Below are positions 10,095 through 19,732 of a stretch of DNA of 64,000 nucleotides, one piece after another (position 1 is the stretch's first letter; each line of letters starts with the position of its first letter). Origin of the DNA: Bacteroidota bacterium (GTDB lineage: Bacteria; Bacteroidota; Ignavibacteria; Ignavibacteriales; Melioribacteraceae); contig JAKAKD010000001.1 of the NCBI GenBank assembly GCA_021824635.1, positions 2,351 through 66,350 of the forward strand. Direction: 5' to 3'. Under the pieces are notes generated by a model, which did no database searches, had not been told where the DNA came from, and was given only the letters and a program-made list of their open reading frames with translations. The position numbers were made by a program, and so were the translations under genes.

Positions 10095-10850
10095 TTGCAC
10101 AATCGAAAAATAATTTTTTCTGTTTTGGTTAGTCTAATATTCATTTACGCATGTTCCAGCTCTGTTGATACGAGCAAGTTTAATGCAGAAGATTATTACA
10201 ATTACGCTTATAAATTATATACCGAAGAAGATTATGAAGAGGCAATCTCAAATTTTCAAAATTTCCTTCTTCAATATTCGGGTAGCGCATATAATGACGA
10301 TGCTCAATTTTACTTGGGAATGACTTATAACAAGAGGAAACAGTACCTTCTTGCCGCGTATGAATTCAGTAAACTAATAAAAAATATTCCTGCTAGCCCT
10401 TTTGTGCCCGAAGCTCAATATATGCTGGCGGAATCGTATTTTCAGCTTTCACCGCCATATCAGCTGGATCAAGCCTACACAAAAAAAGCAATTGAAGAAT
10501 TCCAAGCGTTTATTGATTTCTTTCCGGCAAATCCAAAAGTTGAAGAAGCAGAAAATAAAATAAAAGAACTCACAGAGAAGCTTGCAGAAAAAGATTATAT
10601 GAGTGGATTGATTTATCAAAAGATGGGATATGAAAGGGCGGCAATTAAATCTTATGCTATGGTCGCCGAAACATACCATGATACTAAATTTGCACCGCTT
10701 GCTCTTTACAATAAAATTTTGCTGGAAGTGAATAAAGAGATGAAGAGCGAGGCGCTTGCGGACGCCAATATATTCTTGAGCCGCTATCCGAATGATTCTA
10801 CTGCAAAAGAAATACAAACTATAGAATCAAAACTATCGGGCAGTAAATGA
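10095..10850 (+). CDS. bamD: outer membrane protein assembly factor BamD-like TPR lipoprotein
   Basis: Lipobox-like IFIYAC with Cys. TPR repeats show the typical BamD pattern (YY..A...Y...DY..A...F..F...YP.S.Y..DAQ..L). Length of about 250 aa fits. Confidence 0.7.
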   Translation: MHNRKIIFSVLVSLIFIYACSSSVDTSKFNAEDYYNYAYKLYTEEDYEEAISNFQNFLLQYSGSAYNDDAQFYLGMTYNKRKQYLLAAYEFSKLIKNIPASPFVPEAQYMLAESYFQLSPPYQLDQAYTKKAIEEFQAFIDFFPANPKVEEAENKIKELTEKLAEKDYMSGLIYQKMGYERAAIKSYAMVAETYHDTKFAPLALYNKILLEVNKEMKSEALADANIFLSRYPNDSTAKEIQTIESKLSGSK

Positions 10851-11317
10851 ACAATCAACGAAGAAAAAAGAAAGTCAGTGAATCAATTGTTACGATGACG
10901 GAACTTGTTCTGCCGCATTATACAAATCAGCTTGGCAACTTACTGGGCGGACAGCTGATGCATTGGATTGATATATGTGCAGCGCTCGCAGCGGCAAAAC
11001 ATTCTCAACGTGTTTGTGTTACTGCTTCGGTTGATAGAATTGATTTCCATCATCCCATAAAACTAGGCAATGTTGTAACTTTGATTGCGTCGGTAAACCG
11101 TGCGTTCAAAACTTCGATGGAAGTTGGTGTAACAGTCTTTGCCGAATCTCATATTGAGGGAACGCGCATTCTAACTAATACGGCATATTTAACTTTTGTA
11201 AGCGTAGGTGAAAACGGAAAACCGGTTGATACAAATGAAATTGTTCCGGAAACAGATGATGAGAAAAGAAGATTTGAAGAAGCGCTCCAGAGAAGAACAG
11301 ACCGTATCGGTAACTGA
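10847..11317 (+). CDS. acyl-CoA thioesterase (hotdog fold)
   Basis: The TELVLPHYTNQLGNLLGGQLMHWID.CAA block is typical of YciA/Acot-type hotdog thioesterases. The start overlaps the bamD stop (ATGA). Confidence 0.75.
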   Translation: MNNQRRKKKVSESIVTMTELVLPHYTNQLGNLLGGQLMHWIDICAALAAAKHSQRVCVTASVDRIDFHHPIKLGNVVTLIASVNRAFKTSMEVGVTVFAESHIEGTRILTNTAYLTFVSVGENGKPVDTNEIVPETDDEKRRFEEALQRRTDRIGN

Positions 11318-13412
11318 AAGAATCTTTTTTGTTTCAGTTTTTATTTCCTTCCTTTATTTGTCCAGTATTTCGGCTCAAATTCCAATTAATGGCTTTTGCA
11401 GATACAGTGAATTTTCGGTTAAACCGAATTACACAAAAATTTTTCCTATTGATTACAACTTTGATGGTTATAGAGATCTGCTGATTTATAATTCAACAAG
11501 TAATAAATATGCCACTCTCATTTCAGATTCGAAATCAAATTTTAATCCCGCTTCAGAAAAATTTTCTTCTTCTATCATAGAAGATATTCACACATTTAGC
11601 AGCGGAACAGCTGAAAAGAAATTTTTAATTGCTTCGCGCAAATCAAAGCAGGTTGCATTAGCAACATTTTCAAAAAATGGTATAATGTTCCTCTCAAACA
11701 GAGTTAAATTCCGAGGATTTCCTTCAAGTATTGATGTTAGCGATATTAACGGCGATGGAAAACCGGAAGGACTAGTTTGCGGAAGTACGCTCAATGGATT
11801 ATATCTTTTGGGTGAAAGAAATAAATCACTGAAAGAGACTAAAATTGTTGAAGGAAAAATTTTTTCTTCTGCCAGTTTTATTGATTTTGATTATGATTCA
11901 TTTGCGGATATTGCCGCCATTGACCAGCTCTCTAACTCTATCATTCTTTATTATAATGATAAATTCGGGAATTTTAGAGAATCGCGTTCAATAGGTTTAG
12001 ACGGAGATGTAAATGAATTTAAAACCGCCGACTTAAATTCTGACGGCTTCACCGACTTTGTTTTTGTTAAGGGAAATCAATTTGAAGTTCTACTCGGCGA
12101 TTCTGTCTCGTCATTTCAAAAAAAAATATTTATTAGTACGCCGGTTAGACCGGATAAATACTCAATATTAGATTTTAACGGCGATGGTTTTAATGATATT
12201 GCTTTTATAAATACCCAAACCGGCTCTCTCTATATTTCGTACGCACAAGGCACAAACAAATTTTATCCGCCGGTTTTATATATTAAAAAAAACGGATTGG
12301 TTGACCTTTCTGCTTACATAGACCGTACCGGCAAAAAATTAGCAGTGCTCGGTTCTGATGGAAAAGTTTACCTGATTAATACAGTTGGACTTAATGATTC
12401 ATCATTTTCAATAACCGCCGGAAGCAATCCCGCCGGCGGAAATACTTTCGATTTTCTGAATGATGGTTATAAAGGGTTCTGTTTTATTGATGAAGGTGAA
12501 CAATCTTTGAAATTGTTTATGAGCGAACGAAGAAATTTGTTTAGAACTTACTTCTCAATTCCCTTAACGGTAAATCATTCGAATATTCTAGTGGACGACT
12601 ACCATGCTAAAATAAAAACCTTTTACTGTTTTTCTAAAGGCGGACGTACTATTGAAATTATTAAAATGAACTTTGAAAATTATAATTATTCTAAACTTGC
12701 TCTTTATACCGATAAACCAATTGAGGATTTGAAACTAATCAGCGATCGGCTGAAAGATTGGCAGACACTTTTTATTCTTTGTAAAGACGATAAAGATCTT
12801 TTCTTGCAAAGTTTTGAAATAAGAGATTTCCGTAAAGCATCTTCTGCAATTTATTCTATTGGTTCAAACATAGATAAAGCATGGCTGTCTTTTGGCGTTT
12901 ATAGGGATATTTACTCTTTCTCTCTTAACAATAATAAAGTTCAGTTGATTAAAACTTTTTTCGACAAAAAAATTATTAAAAGAAAAACTTTACTAAGTTT
13001 TGATATCACTTCCAAAGATAAGCTGAGTTATAATCTGGTTTGCTTTGATGAGCCACTGTTTCGATTTAAACCGGCAGCGGCGTTGGTTACAGTAAACAAT
13101 AATTCAACACTTTACTACATAGTAAATGATCGTGTTACTAAATACACTTTGAAAAATCTCGCGTCACCAAATACAGTTTTTAGATATTCAGTCAATGAAA
13201 ATACCGATGAACCAATATTTTATTATAATGATTCGAGAAAAAATAAGCTGCATAGTGTAACTCTGCAAAATTCCAACAGCGCTCCGGTTGATAAGGAATT
13301 GATTGAATTCAATAAGAGCAATAATTATCTTGTTGCTAAATTATACGGAAGAAAGACATTTTTGATTTACTCAAACATTTTACAAAACACATTATCTTTC
13401 GAAAAACTTTGA
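11256..13412 (+). CDS. FG-GAP/VCBS-repeat (beta-propeller) protein with a large uncharacterised C-terminal half
   Basis: At least five D-x-[ND]-x-D-G-type blades are present (DYNFDGYRDLLI, DINGDGKPEGLV, DLNSDGFTDFVF, DFNGDGFNDIAF, DFDYDSFADIAA). Signal peptide FFVSVFISFLYLSSISAQ. Start is uncertain: GTG 11208 or ATG 11256, both overlapping the thioesterase gene. Confidence 0.65.
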   Translation: MMRKEDLKKRSREEQTVSVTERIFFVSVFISFLYLSSISAQIPINGFCRYSEFSVKPNYTKIFPIDYNFDGYRDLLIYNSTSNKYATLISDSKSNFNPASEKFSSSIIEDIHTFSSGTAEKKFLIASRKSKQVALATFSKNGIMFLSNRVKFRGFPSSIDVSDINGDGKPEGLVCGSTLNGLYLLGERNKSLKETKIVEGKIFSSASFIDFDYDSFADIAAIDQLSNSIILYYNDKFGNFRESRSIGLDGDVNEFKTADLNSDGFTDFVFVKGNQFEVLLGDSVSSFQKKIFISTPVRPDKYSILDFNGDGFNDIAFINTQTGSLYISYAQGTNKFYPPVLYIKKNGLVDLSAYIDRTGKKLAVLGSDGKVYLINTVGLNDSSFSITAGSNPAGGNTFDFLNDGYKGFCFIDEGEQSLKLFMSERRNLFRTYFSIPLTVNHSNILVDDYHAKIKTFYCFSKGGRTIEIIKMNFENYNYSKLALYTDKPIEDLKLISDRLKDWQTLFILCKDDKDLFLQSFEIRDFRKASSAIYSIGSNIDKAWLSFGVYRDIYSFSLNNNKVQLIKTFFDKKIIKRKTLLSFDITSKDKLSYNLVCFDEPLFRFKPAAALVTVNNNSTLYYIVNDRVTKYTLKNLASPNTVFRYSVNENTDEPIFYYNDSRKNKLHSVTLQNSNSAPVDKELIEFNKSNNYLVAKLYGRKTFLIYSNILQNTLSFEKL

Positions 13413-15049
13413 TGAAGAAACTTCCACTCCTTTTCTTTTTTGTCCCAATTCTCATTACATCCGCGCAGAATTTGGATTCTTTATATAATAGGTTTTTGCA
13501 AGTTAAAGGTGTGTCGCAAAATATCAATCAACAGAACATATCCACGCAAGAAGAACCAATTAAATGTTCTTTCGGAATTGTGAATCAGACAAAACTTAAT
13601 TACGAAAAATTTACTGCGTTGCAAAAAAAAACAATCAGTAAGTTTCTTGAAAGACCCGCCTCCGATACAAGTTTTGTAACACCAAATAATAAGTTTCGTG
13701 TCCATTATACTAAGACTGGTATTGACGCTCCAGGTTATGATCTGAACGAGTTGGCAAAAGCTGTTGATTCATCTTACAATTATGAAGTTAATATTCTTCA
13801 CTATCCGCCGCCGCCAAAAGATTCCGGCCAAGGAGGAGATGATCTTTACGATATTTATATTCAAAATCTCTCTAGTGATTACGGCTATACAGAATTTGAA
13901 AATCCAATTACAAGCACTACTTACACAAGTTTTATGGTAATAGACAATGATTTTTCGGGAGATAATTACCACACTCATGGTATAGACGGGGCGCGCGTTA
14001 CTGTTGCGCATGAGATGCATCATGGAATACAAATTGGAAATTACGTTTACCGCACAAGTGACAATTATTACTACGAGCTGACTTCTACTTCTATGGAGGA
14101 GTTTGTTTATAACGATATTAATGATTACTACTATTACATGGATTCATATTTCAGAAACCCGCAGCGTACATTTTCGGCTAATGACGGTTATAATCTTGCA
14201 ATATGGAATATATTTCTGCGCGATCGCTTCGGTGTAGATATCATAAAAAGAATTTGGGAGTTAATGAAAGTTGAAGTAGCATTAAAAGCATTTGATGATG
14301 CGGTTGTAGAAGCCGGTTCAACATTCAAAGCGGAATTTAACAACTTTGGTATATGGACATATTTTACTGATACGCGTGCCGTACCGAATAAATATTTTAA
14401 GGAGGCGGCAAACTATCATTACCTTATCAAACCGTTGATGGTTACCGACTTTACAAATACGACTTCTACTGTAAATGTAAACTCTGCAGCAGTGTCTAAT
14501 AATTTTTTGCAGTTCAACGATAAATCAAATCCGGCAAATAATGTGTTGGTTTCGTTGATAAGCAATTGTGATATATCCGGTGGTTTCAGTTCGCCAATCA
14601 CAAGCACATCTTTTGCTTATACACTTTCTTCTCTGCCAATTAGTGGCGGGCAAAAAATTACAAACGGATATTACTCCAAGCTTGAAAGTGTAAATGGTTT
14701 TCTTTTTTCACAATCGAATATTCTGAATGATATACCTGTTGATGACGGACAGATTTCGACTGAAGAGATTGATTACCCGTTCCCTCAGCCGTTTAAATAT
14801 TCTGCGAACACGCAATTATTTTTTCCTACTTCTAATAGCACTGATGGAAATGCGGAGCTTTATATTTATTCTGTTGATATGACTTTGGTTTATTCAATTA
14901 CTAAACGTATTCTTGTCTCCGATAAAATTGTAATTAGTTGGGATGCGCACGATGCCAAGGGGAATAAACTTGCCACCGGAGTTTATCTTTTTGTTACTAA
15001 ATCGGGCGACAAAATTAAAAAAGGGAAATTTGTAATTTATAATGATTGA
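13409..15049 (+). CDS. putative secreted zinc metalloprotease (HExxH) with T9SS C-terminal sorting domain
   Basis: Signal peptide, VAHEMHHGIQ zinc motif and a C-terminal ~80 aa resembling a T9SS CTD (..GVYLFVTKSGDKIKKGKFVIYND). The start overlaps the upstream stop (ATGA at 13409-13412). Confidence 0.6.
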   Translation: MMKKLPLLFFFVPILITSAQNLDSLYNRFLQVKGVSQNINQQNISTQEEPIKCSFGIVNQTKLNYEKFTALQKKTISKFLERPASDTSFVTPNNKFRVHYTKTGIDAPGYDLNELAKAVDSSYNYEVNILHYPPPPKDSGQGGDDLYDIYIQNLSSDYGYTEFENPITSTTYTSFMVIDNDFSGDNYHTHGIDGARVTVAHEMHHGIQIGNYVYRTSDNYYYELTSTSMEEFVYNDINDYYYYMDSYFRNPQRTFSANDGYNLAIWNIFLRDRFGVDIIKRIWELMKVEVALKAFDDAVVEAGSTFKAEFNNFGIWTYFTDTRAVPNKYFKEAANYHYLIKPLMVTDFTNTTSTVNVNSAAVSNNFLQFNDKSNPANNVLVSLISNCDISGGFSSPITSTSFAYTLSSLPISGGQKITNGYYSKLESVNGFLFSQSNILNDIPVDDGQISTEEIDYPFPQPFKYSANTQLFFPTSNSTDGNAELYIYSVDMTLVYSITKRILVSDKIVISWDAHDAKGNKLATGVYLFVTKSGDKIKKGKFVIYND

Positions 15050-15686
15050 TTATACCATAGAACTAAATAATCTAATCAAATTTTTTGGAAGACGATTAAT
15101 CTTTGACGGAATTAATTTTTCTTTTTCGTCACGGAATGTATATGGAATTTCCGGACCGAACGGCTCCGGGAAATCAACACTTGTTAAAATAATCGCAGAT
15201 TTAATTTCGCCAACCAGAGGAAAAGTAATTCATAAATACGGAGAAAAAAAAATTGAGCCGGAAGATCTTCACAATTATCTTGGCTTTGTTTCACCGTATC
15301 TTTTCCTTTATGATGAGTTCACGGCGGAAGAAAACTTGATTCATTCTGCTAATATTCGCGGAATTAAATTTAATAAGGAACGCTCAGAGCACCTTCTTCG
15401 AGAATTGAATCTTTTTGACAGAAGAAACGATTTAGTGCGCGGCTATTCATCGGGAATGAAACAGAGATTAAAATTTATTTTTGCACTTTTACATGAACCG
15501 CAATTAATAATTTTAGATGAACCCACGTCAAACCTGGACAACTCCGGCAAAGAGATTGTATATAAGATTATTAAAGAGGAGTCTAAAAAGAATTTAATTG
15601 TAATTGCATCAAACGAAGATTCAGATCTTCAATTATGTACGAAAGTTATCGAATTAGAAAAATTTAAGAAGCAGTCGAACAAATGA
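15042..15686 (+). CDS. ABC transporter ATP-binding protein (CcmA-like)
   Basis: Walker A GPNGSGKST, signature YSSGMKQRL and Walker B LIILDEPTSNLD. Its ~214 aa size is typical of CcmA-type exporters. It overlaps the protease gene by 8 nt. Confidence 0.8.
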   Translation: MIDYTIELNNLIKFFGRRLIFDGINFSFSSRNVYGISGPNGSGKSTLVKIIADLISPTRGKVIHKYGEKKIEPEDLHNYLGFVSPYLFLYDEFTAEENLIHSANIRGIKFNKERSEHLLRELNLFDRRNDLVRGYSSGMKQRLKFIFALLHEPQLIILDEPTSNLDNSGKEIVYKIIKEESKKNLIVIASNEDSDLQLCTKVIELEKFKKQSNK

Positions 15687-16342
15687 AAGCATTCGCACTA
15701 TACAAAAAAGATTGGCAGTCGGAACTGCGTACACGTTATGCAATTAATGCGCTTGCTATGTTTATTCTTGTTACCATCAGCGTCATTATGTTTTCCATTG
15801 GCAATGAAAAAATCACCGAATATTTAACAGGCGGTTTGTTGTGGGTGGTAATATTTTTTTCAGCAATGTCGGGTCTTTCCCGCGCGTTCGTTTCCGAAGA
15901 AGAGCGCGGAACAACAATGACACTTCATCTGCTCGCCTCTCCGTCAACAATATTTTCAGGCAAGCTTATCTTTAATCTCTTATTGGTCTTTCTGATGAAT
16001 TTTGTCATCACATTTCTATTCTCAATTCTTTTCACATCATTCATTGTAAAAAATGTAGCTCTCTTTGCAATAGCATTTCTGTTCGGAAATATAGGCATTG
16101 CAATTTCATCAACCATTATTGCCGCAATTATTTCCAAAGCAAGTTCCAAAGGAACACTTTACCCGGTTCTTTCATTTCCAATTCTCTTGCCTCTCATTTT
16201 AACATTGCTTGAATTGACAAAATTCTCAATGGATGGAAATTCCATTGGTGGGTCATTGGTCGAAATCTTTGTGCTTATCTGTTACGATGTTATAATGGGA
16301 ACGGCTTCTTATCTTTTATTCGATTTTATCTGGAAAGAATAA
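15683..16342 (+). CDS. ABC exporter permease, CcmB-like (heme exporter B family)
   Basis: 219 aa with six predicted TM segments. It is translationally coupled (ATGA) to the CcmA-like ATPase. Size and topology match CcmB. No ccmC-H genes are adjacent. Confidence 0.55.
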   Translation: MKAFALYKKDWQSELRTRYAINALAMFILVTISVIMFSIGNEKITEYLTGGLLWVVIFFSAMSGLSRAFVSEEERGTTMTLHLLASPSTIFSGKLIFNLLLVFLMNFVITFLFSILFTSFIVKNVALFAIAFLFGNIGIAISSTIIAAIISKASSKGTLYPVLSFPILLPLILTLLELTKFSMDGNSIGGSLVEIFVLICYDVIMGTASYLLFDFIWKE

Positions 16343-16371
16343 TTCGCTTTAAGAAAAAAGCGATGGCTGAT

Positions 16372-16947
16372 CTAGATACCTTTTAACCCAACGAGCAACC
16401 TGCTATCATTTTCTTTAAACATACTGAAGAAGATTGCGATCAATATCTCAAAGGCACTAGTAGCATAAAAGAATGTTACTCCGTTATTTGAATCAGTTGA
16501 TTGAGCAAGCATCTTTAAAATGATAGTAGTTTCATATAGAATTAAAAAAATATGAAATATATTTAATTTACCGCTATCTGCAATAAACTTGGTGGATTTC
16601 ACTACAAAGAAAAGGAAAATCATTATATGTAATAGAACAATTGTTATATGTTGAGTACTGACTGAAGAAAGAAGTGATAAGATTAAGAGTATGAAAGACG
16701 CCAGTAGAATTATTCTTACAAACGTTTTCTTATGAAAAAATCCATATAATGACAGTAATGTTAAAAAAGCAAAAATATTATATCCCTTGTAAAGTCCTAA
16801 TATTTTTGCATAATAAAATATTAATGATATTGGATCTGAAGCAGCAAGGGCTAGAAAATACCAAAACAATTCTGTTCTATATTGTTTTACAGCTGAAAAA
16901 ATCCAGAAAAACATGGAGAGAAATACAATTGTATATGAAATTATCAT
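16372..16947 (-). CDS. uncharacterised 6-TM membrane protein, paralog B
   Basis: 191 aa and about six hydrophobic helices. It shares SMFFWIF.AVKQY.TELFWYF, SGK.NIFH and AFEILIAIFF blocks with the adjacent gene. Confidence 0.7.
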   Translation of the reverse strand: MIISYTIVFLSMFFWIFSAVKQYRTELFWYFLALAASDPISLIFYYAKILGLYKGYNIFAFLTLLSLYGFFHKKTFVRIILLASFILLILSLLSSVSTQHITIVLLHIMIFLFFVVKSTKFIADSGKLNIFHIFLILYETTIILKMLAQSTDSNNGVTFFYATSAFEILIAIFFSMFKENDSRLLVGLKGI

Positions 16948-16955
16948 CGGTATTC

Positions 16956-17537
16956 TCAGGCGCTGCGTAAATCTATAAACAGTTTTTCATTCTCTTCTTT
17001 GTATAAAGTAAAGAATATAGCAATCAAAATCTCGAATGCATTGGTTGCTATATAATAACTGTAACCAGGATTAAACGATATTAGCATCGTAGAAGTTTTT
17101 AAAACAATTGAAATTTCTTCTAACAATAGAATTAGATGAAAAATATTCACTTTACCGCTGTTCGCCGTGAAGGCAAAAGTTTTTTTAATGAAGAAGTATG
17201 TAATAATTACATGGATTAATATCATTACACTATATGTGATAGTTCTATTAGTAAAAAATGAAAATAGCACTAATGATAAAACCGATGAAGTCAAAATTTT
17301 AATAGACTTTTTATTCTTTAGAGACCATAAAACAGAAAGCATGAGTAAAAAACTAAAAAAAGTTTGAGCCCTTGGACTATTAGAGACATTGTGAATCTGA
17401 GTACTTATAATAAGCGTTAATGGGTCTGTGAAAGCAAAAATAAAAAAATACCAAAACAATTCTGTTTTATATTGTTTTACTGCCGGGAAAATCCAGAAAA
17501 ACATTGAAATACTTGTAATTACAAAAAGAGTTTTCAT
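16956..17537 (-). CDS. uncharacterised 6-TM membrane protein, paralog A
   Basis: 193 aa tandem paralog of 16372-16947, 8 nt upstream of it and 11 nt downstream of the LuxR-type regulator gene. Confidence 0.7.
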   Translation of the reverse strand: MKTLFVITSISMFFWIFPAVKQYKTELFWYFFIFAFTDPLTLIISTQIHNVSNSPRAQTFFSFLLMLSVLWSLKNKKSIKILTSSVLSLVLFSFFTNRTITYSVMILIHVIITYFFIKKTFAFTANSGKVNIFHLILLLEEISIVLKTSTMLISFNPGYSYYIATNAFEILIAIFFTLYKEENEKLFIDLRSA

Positions 17538-17548
17538 AAATGGTTTAC

Positions 17549-18229
17549 TTATTCTTCAAATAATTTATTAATCATAGAATAACGAACTGCATACGAGATC
17601 AATTCGGGCAGAGACTTAATTCCCAACCGCTGCATTATGCGTGAGCGGTAGTAGTCAATTGCTTTTTTACTGACTTTATATTGATCAGCAATTTCCTGGC
17701 TTGTCATTCCTTTGCTTATATATTCTAAAATATTTTTGTCTTTCATGTTGAGTTGGTTAAAACTTTCCAGATCGGTAGAGACAAGCATGCGGTATTTCTT
17801 TTCTAACTCAATTAATTTCTCTTCGTTAAGAGTCTTACCAAAATAACGTTTACCGGAGTAGACACTCTTAATCGCATGAATTAGTTCTCCCTTCATTGTG
17901 TTTTTGCTCAGCAATCCCTTTGCGCCGCTTTTTAAAGCGTAAAAAACATATTCGTCGCTATCGTACATTGAAAGCATGAGTGCTTTGACATCTTCATAGG
18001 TTCTCTTAATTGTTTTAACAGCTTCAATTCCATTGATTCCGGGCATAGAAATATCAACCAGAATCAGATCGGGATTGATCTCCGAATATTTTTCAATCAA
18101 ATCTTCGCCGCTCTCAACTTCAGAGACAATTAAAATTTCTTCAACATCTTCCAGAAGCGAAATAATTCCGCTGCGGAAGAGTTTATGATCATCCGCAATT
18201 ATTATGCGGATTGGTTTTGATTCTGCCAT
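17549..18229 (-). CDS. two-component response regulator, NarL/LuxR family
   Basis: REC domain (IIIADDH..., DLILVDISMPG) plus a C-terminal LuxR-type HTH (LEYISKGMTSQEIADQYKVSKKAIDYYRSRIMQRLG). Confidence 0.9.
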   Translation of the reverse strand: MAESKPIRIIIADDHKLFRSGIISLLEDVEEILIVSEVESGEDLIEKYSEINPDLILVDISMPGINGIEAVKTIKRTYEDVKALMLSMYDSDEYVFYALKSGAKGLLSKNTMKGELIHAIKSVYSGKRYFGKTLNEEKLIELEKKYRMLVSTDLESFNQLNMKDKNILEYISKGMTSQEIADQYKVSKKAIDYYRSRIMQRLGIKSLPELISYAVRYSMINKLFEE

Positions 18230-19398
18230 ACCAAATTTTTCCCTAGGGGAATTTCAACTACAATCATTGTTCCCGTTTCTGCAGAAGAATCTATTTTTAG
18301 TTGTCCTTTGTAGGATTCAACCCGTTCTCGCATGTTAATTAAACCCAGACCATTTAAAGTCGGTTTATTTCTTGAGCTAACTTTTAGAATATCAAATCCT
18401 TTGCCGTTATCGGAGATAATCAATCTTAAAAGTTGCATTGATATAACCAATTGTATACTAAAATATGTTGCTTCCGAGTATTTCAAAATATTTGAAATAG
18501 CTTCTTGGACTATTCTATATATGTAAATCTCTAATTTACTTTCTAAACGATTTTCTCCACCGATTACATTTACTTCTGCCGTTAAGCCAGTTTCAGTAGC
18601 AACTTTATCTACTAAGTATTTCAATGCAAAACCAAGTCCCATCTCTTCCAGCATTTTTGGTTTTAAATCATAAGAGATGTTCTTCAATTCATGAATAGTG
18701 TCTTCTAATGTATCTACAAGACTTTGATAGTTCTTTCTTTGTGCGGGGTTAGTTTCGGTATCGCTCAACCTAAGTAATTTGATCCTTAGCATGGATAAAC
18801 TCTGCCCAATCCCATCATGTAAACCTCTTGCAACTCTTTGTCTCTCTTGCTCTATTAAATCTTGAAGATGATCTGATAAATCGCGCAATTTATTTTGCGA
18901 CTCAATTAATTTTTCTTGATACGTTTTGATTTCTGTGATATCGTGAAAATAGATATGTGCAATATCTAAACTTGGCTCGCTTCTATAAAGGACTGAGAAA
19001 AATCTATTATCAATTTTATGGGTTAAAAGTTTGCTATAATTTTCTTTTAAATCATTGACGGGGGAGAAATTAATAAACGGGAGAACGTCATTAATCTTTT
19101 TCCCCTTCAGATTAGGAGTTGATAAAATTTGTTGAGCCGCATTATTGTTCTCTATAATTGTCCCCGTAGAATCAATTCTAATTAATGGATCAGGATCCAA
19201 TTGCGCAAATAATGCCATTACTTTTGACGATTTGAGTTCTATATTCTCTTTTTCTTTTTTGTATTTAGAAATGGACGGGTTAATCAGATTTTTATTTATA
19301 AAATATATCAAACTGAATAACCCCACTACAAGGAAAATAGAAAGGTAAATCGGGTTCGCGGGGTCAAATAAAGATTTGATTAGATCGTCAAGACTCAT
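18202..19398 (-). CDS. sensor histidine kinase (1 TM, PAS-like, HisKA_3, HATPase_c)
   Basis: N-terminal TM, HisKA_3 H-box RVARGLHDGIGQSL and ATPase N/G boxes (EAISNILKYS, DNGKGF, GLGLINMRERV). It overlaps the regulator gene by 28 nt. Confidence 0.88.
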   Translation of the reverse strand: MSLDDLIKSLFDPANPIYLSIFLVVGLFSLIYFINKNLINPSISKYKKEKENIELKSSKVMALFAQLDPDPLIRIDSTGTIIENNNAAQQILSTPNLKGKKINDVLPFINFSPVNDLKENYSKLLTHKIDNRFFSVLYRSEPSLDIAHIYFHDITEIKTYQEKLIESQNKLRDLSDHLQDLIEQERQRVARGLHDGIGQSLSMLRIKLLRLSDTETNPAQRKNYQSLVDTLEDTIHELKNISYDLKPKMLEEMGLGFALKYLVDKVATETGLTAEVNVIGGENRLESKLEIYIYRIVQEAISNILKYSEATYFSIQLVISMQLLRLIISDNGKGFDILKVSSRNKPTLNGLGLINMRERVESYKGQLKIDSSAETGTMIVVEIPLGKNLVWQNQNQSA

Positions 19399-19732
19399 AT
19401 AAAACTATAATAAAAATTGAGAGAAATTCCACCCGCAAAGGAAATGTTGAAGATTTCCCTATAAAAAACGATTAATCGAACTATGTTCCTTTAATCGAAT
19501 AATTTCTCATCAAATATAAATTATTCTTACTAAAATTATACGGTAATTCTTATAATTAAAGGAAATTTCTCTAAACGAATAGATTTCAACGATAGTTTAG
19601 TTGGTTTCTTAGTTTCCTATTATGTAAATTTGCTTTCGAGAGCAGATAGCAGGATATACCAAATAAGTTCCATAATGTATATTTGCACTCCAAGTTAAGT
19701 TGCTTTGTTGAAAAATCATTTTAAGGTTTTTA

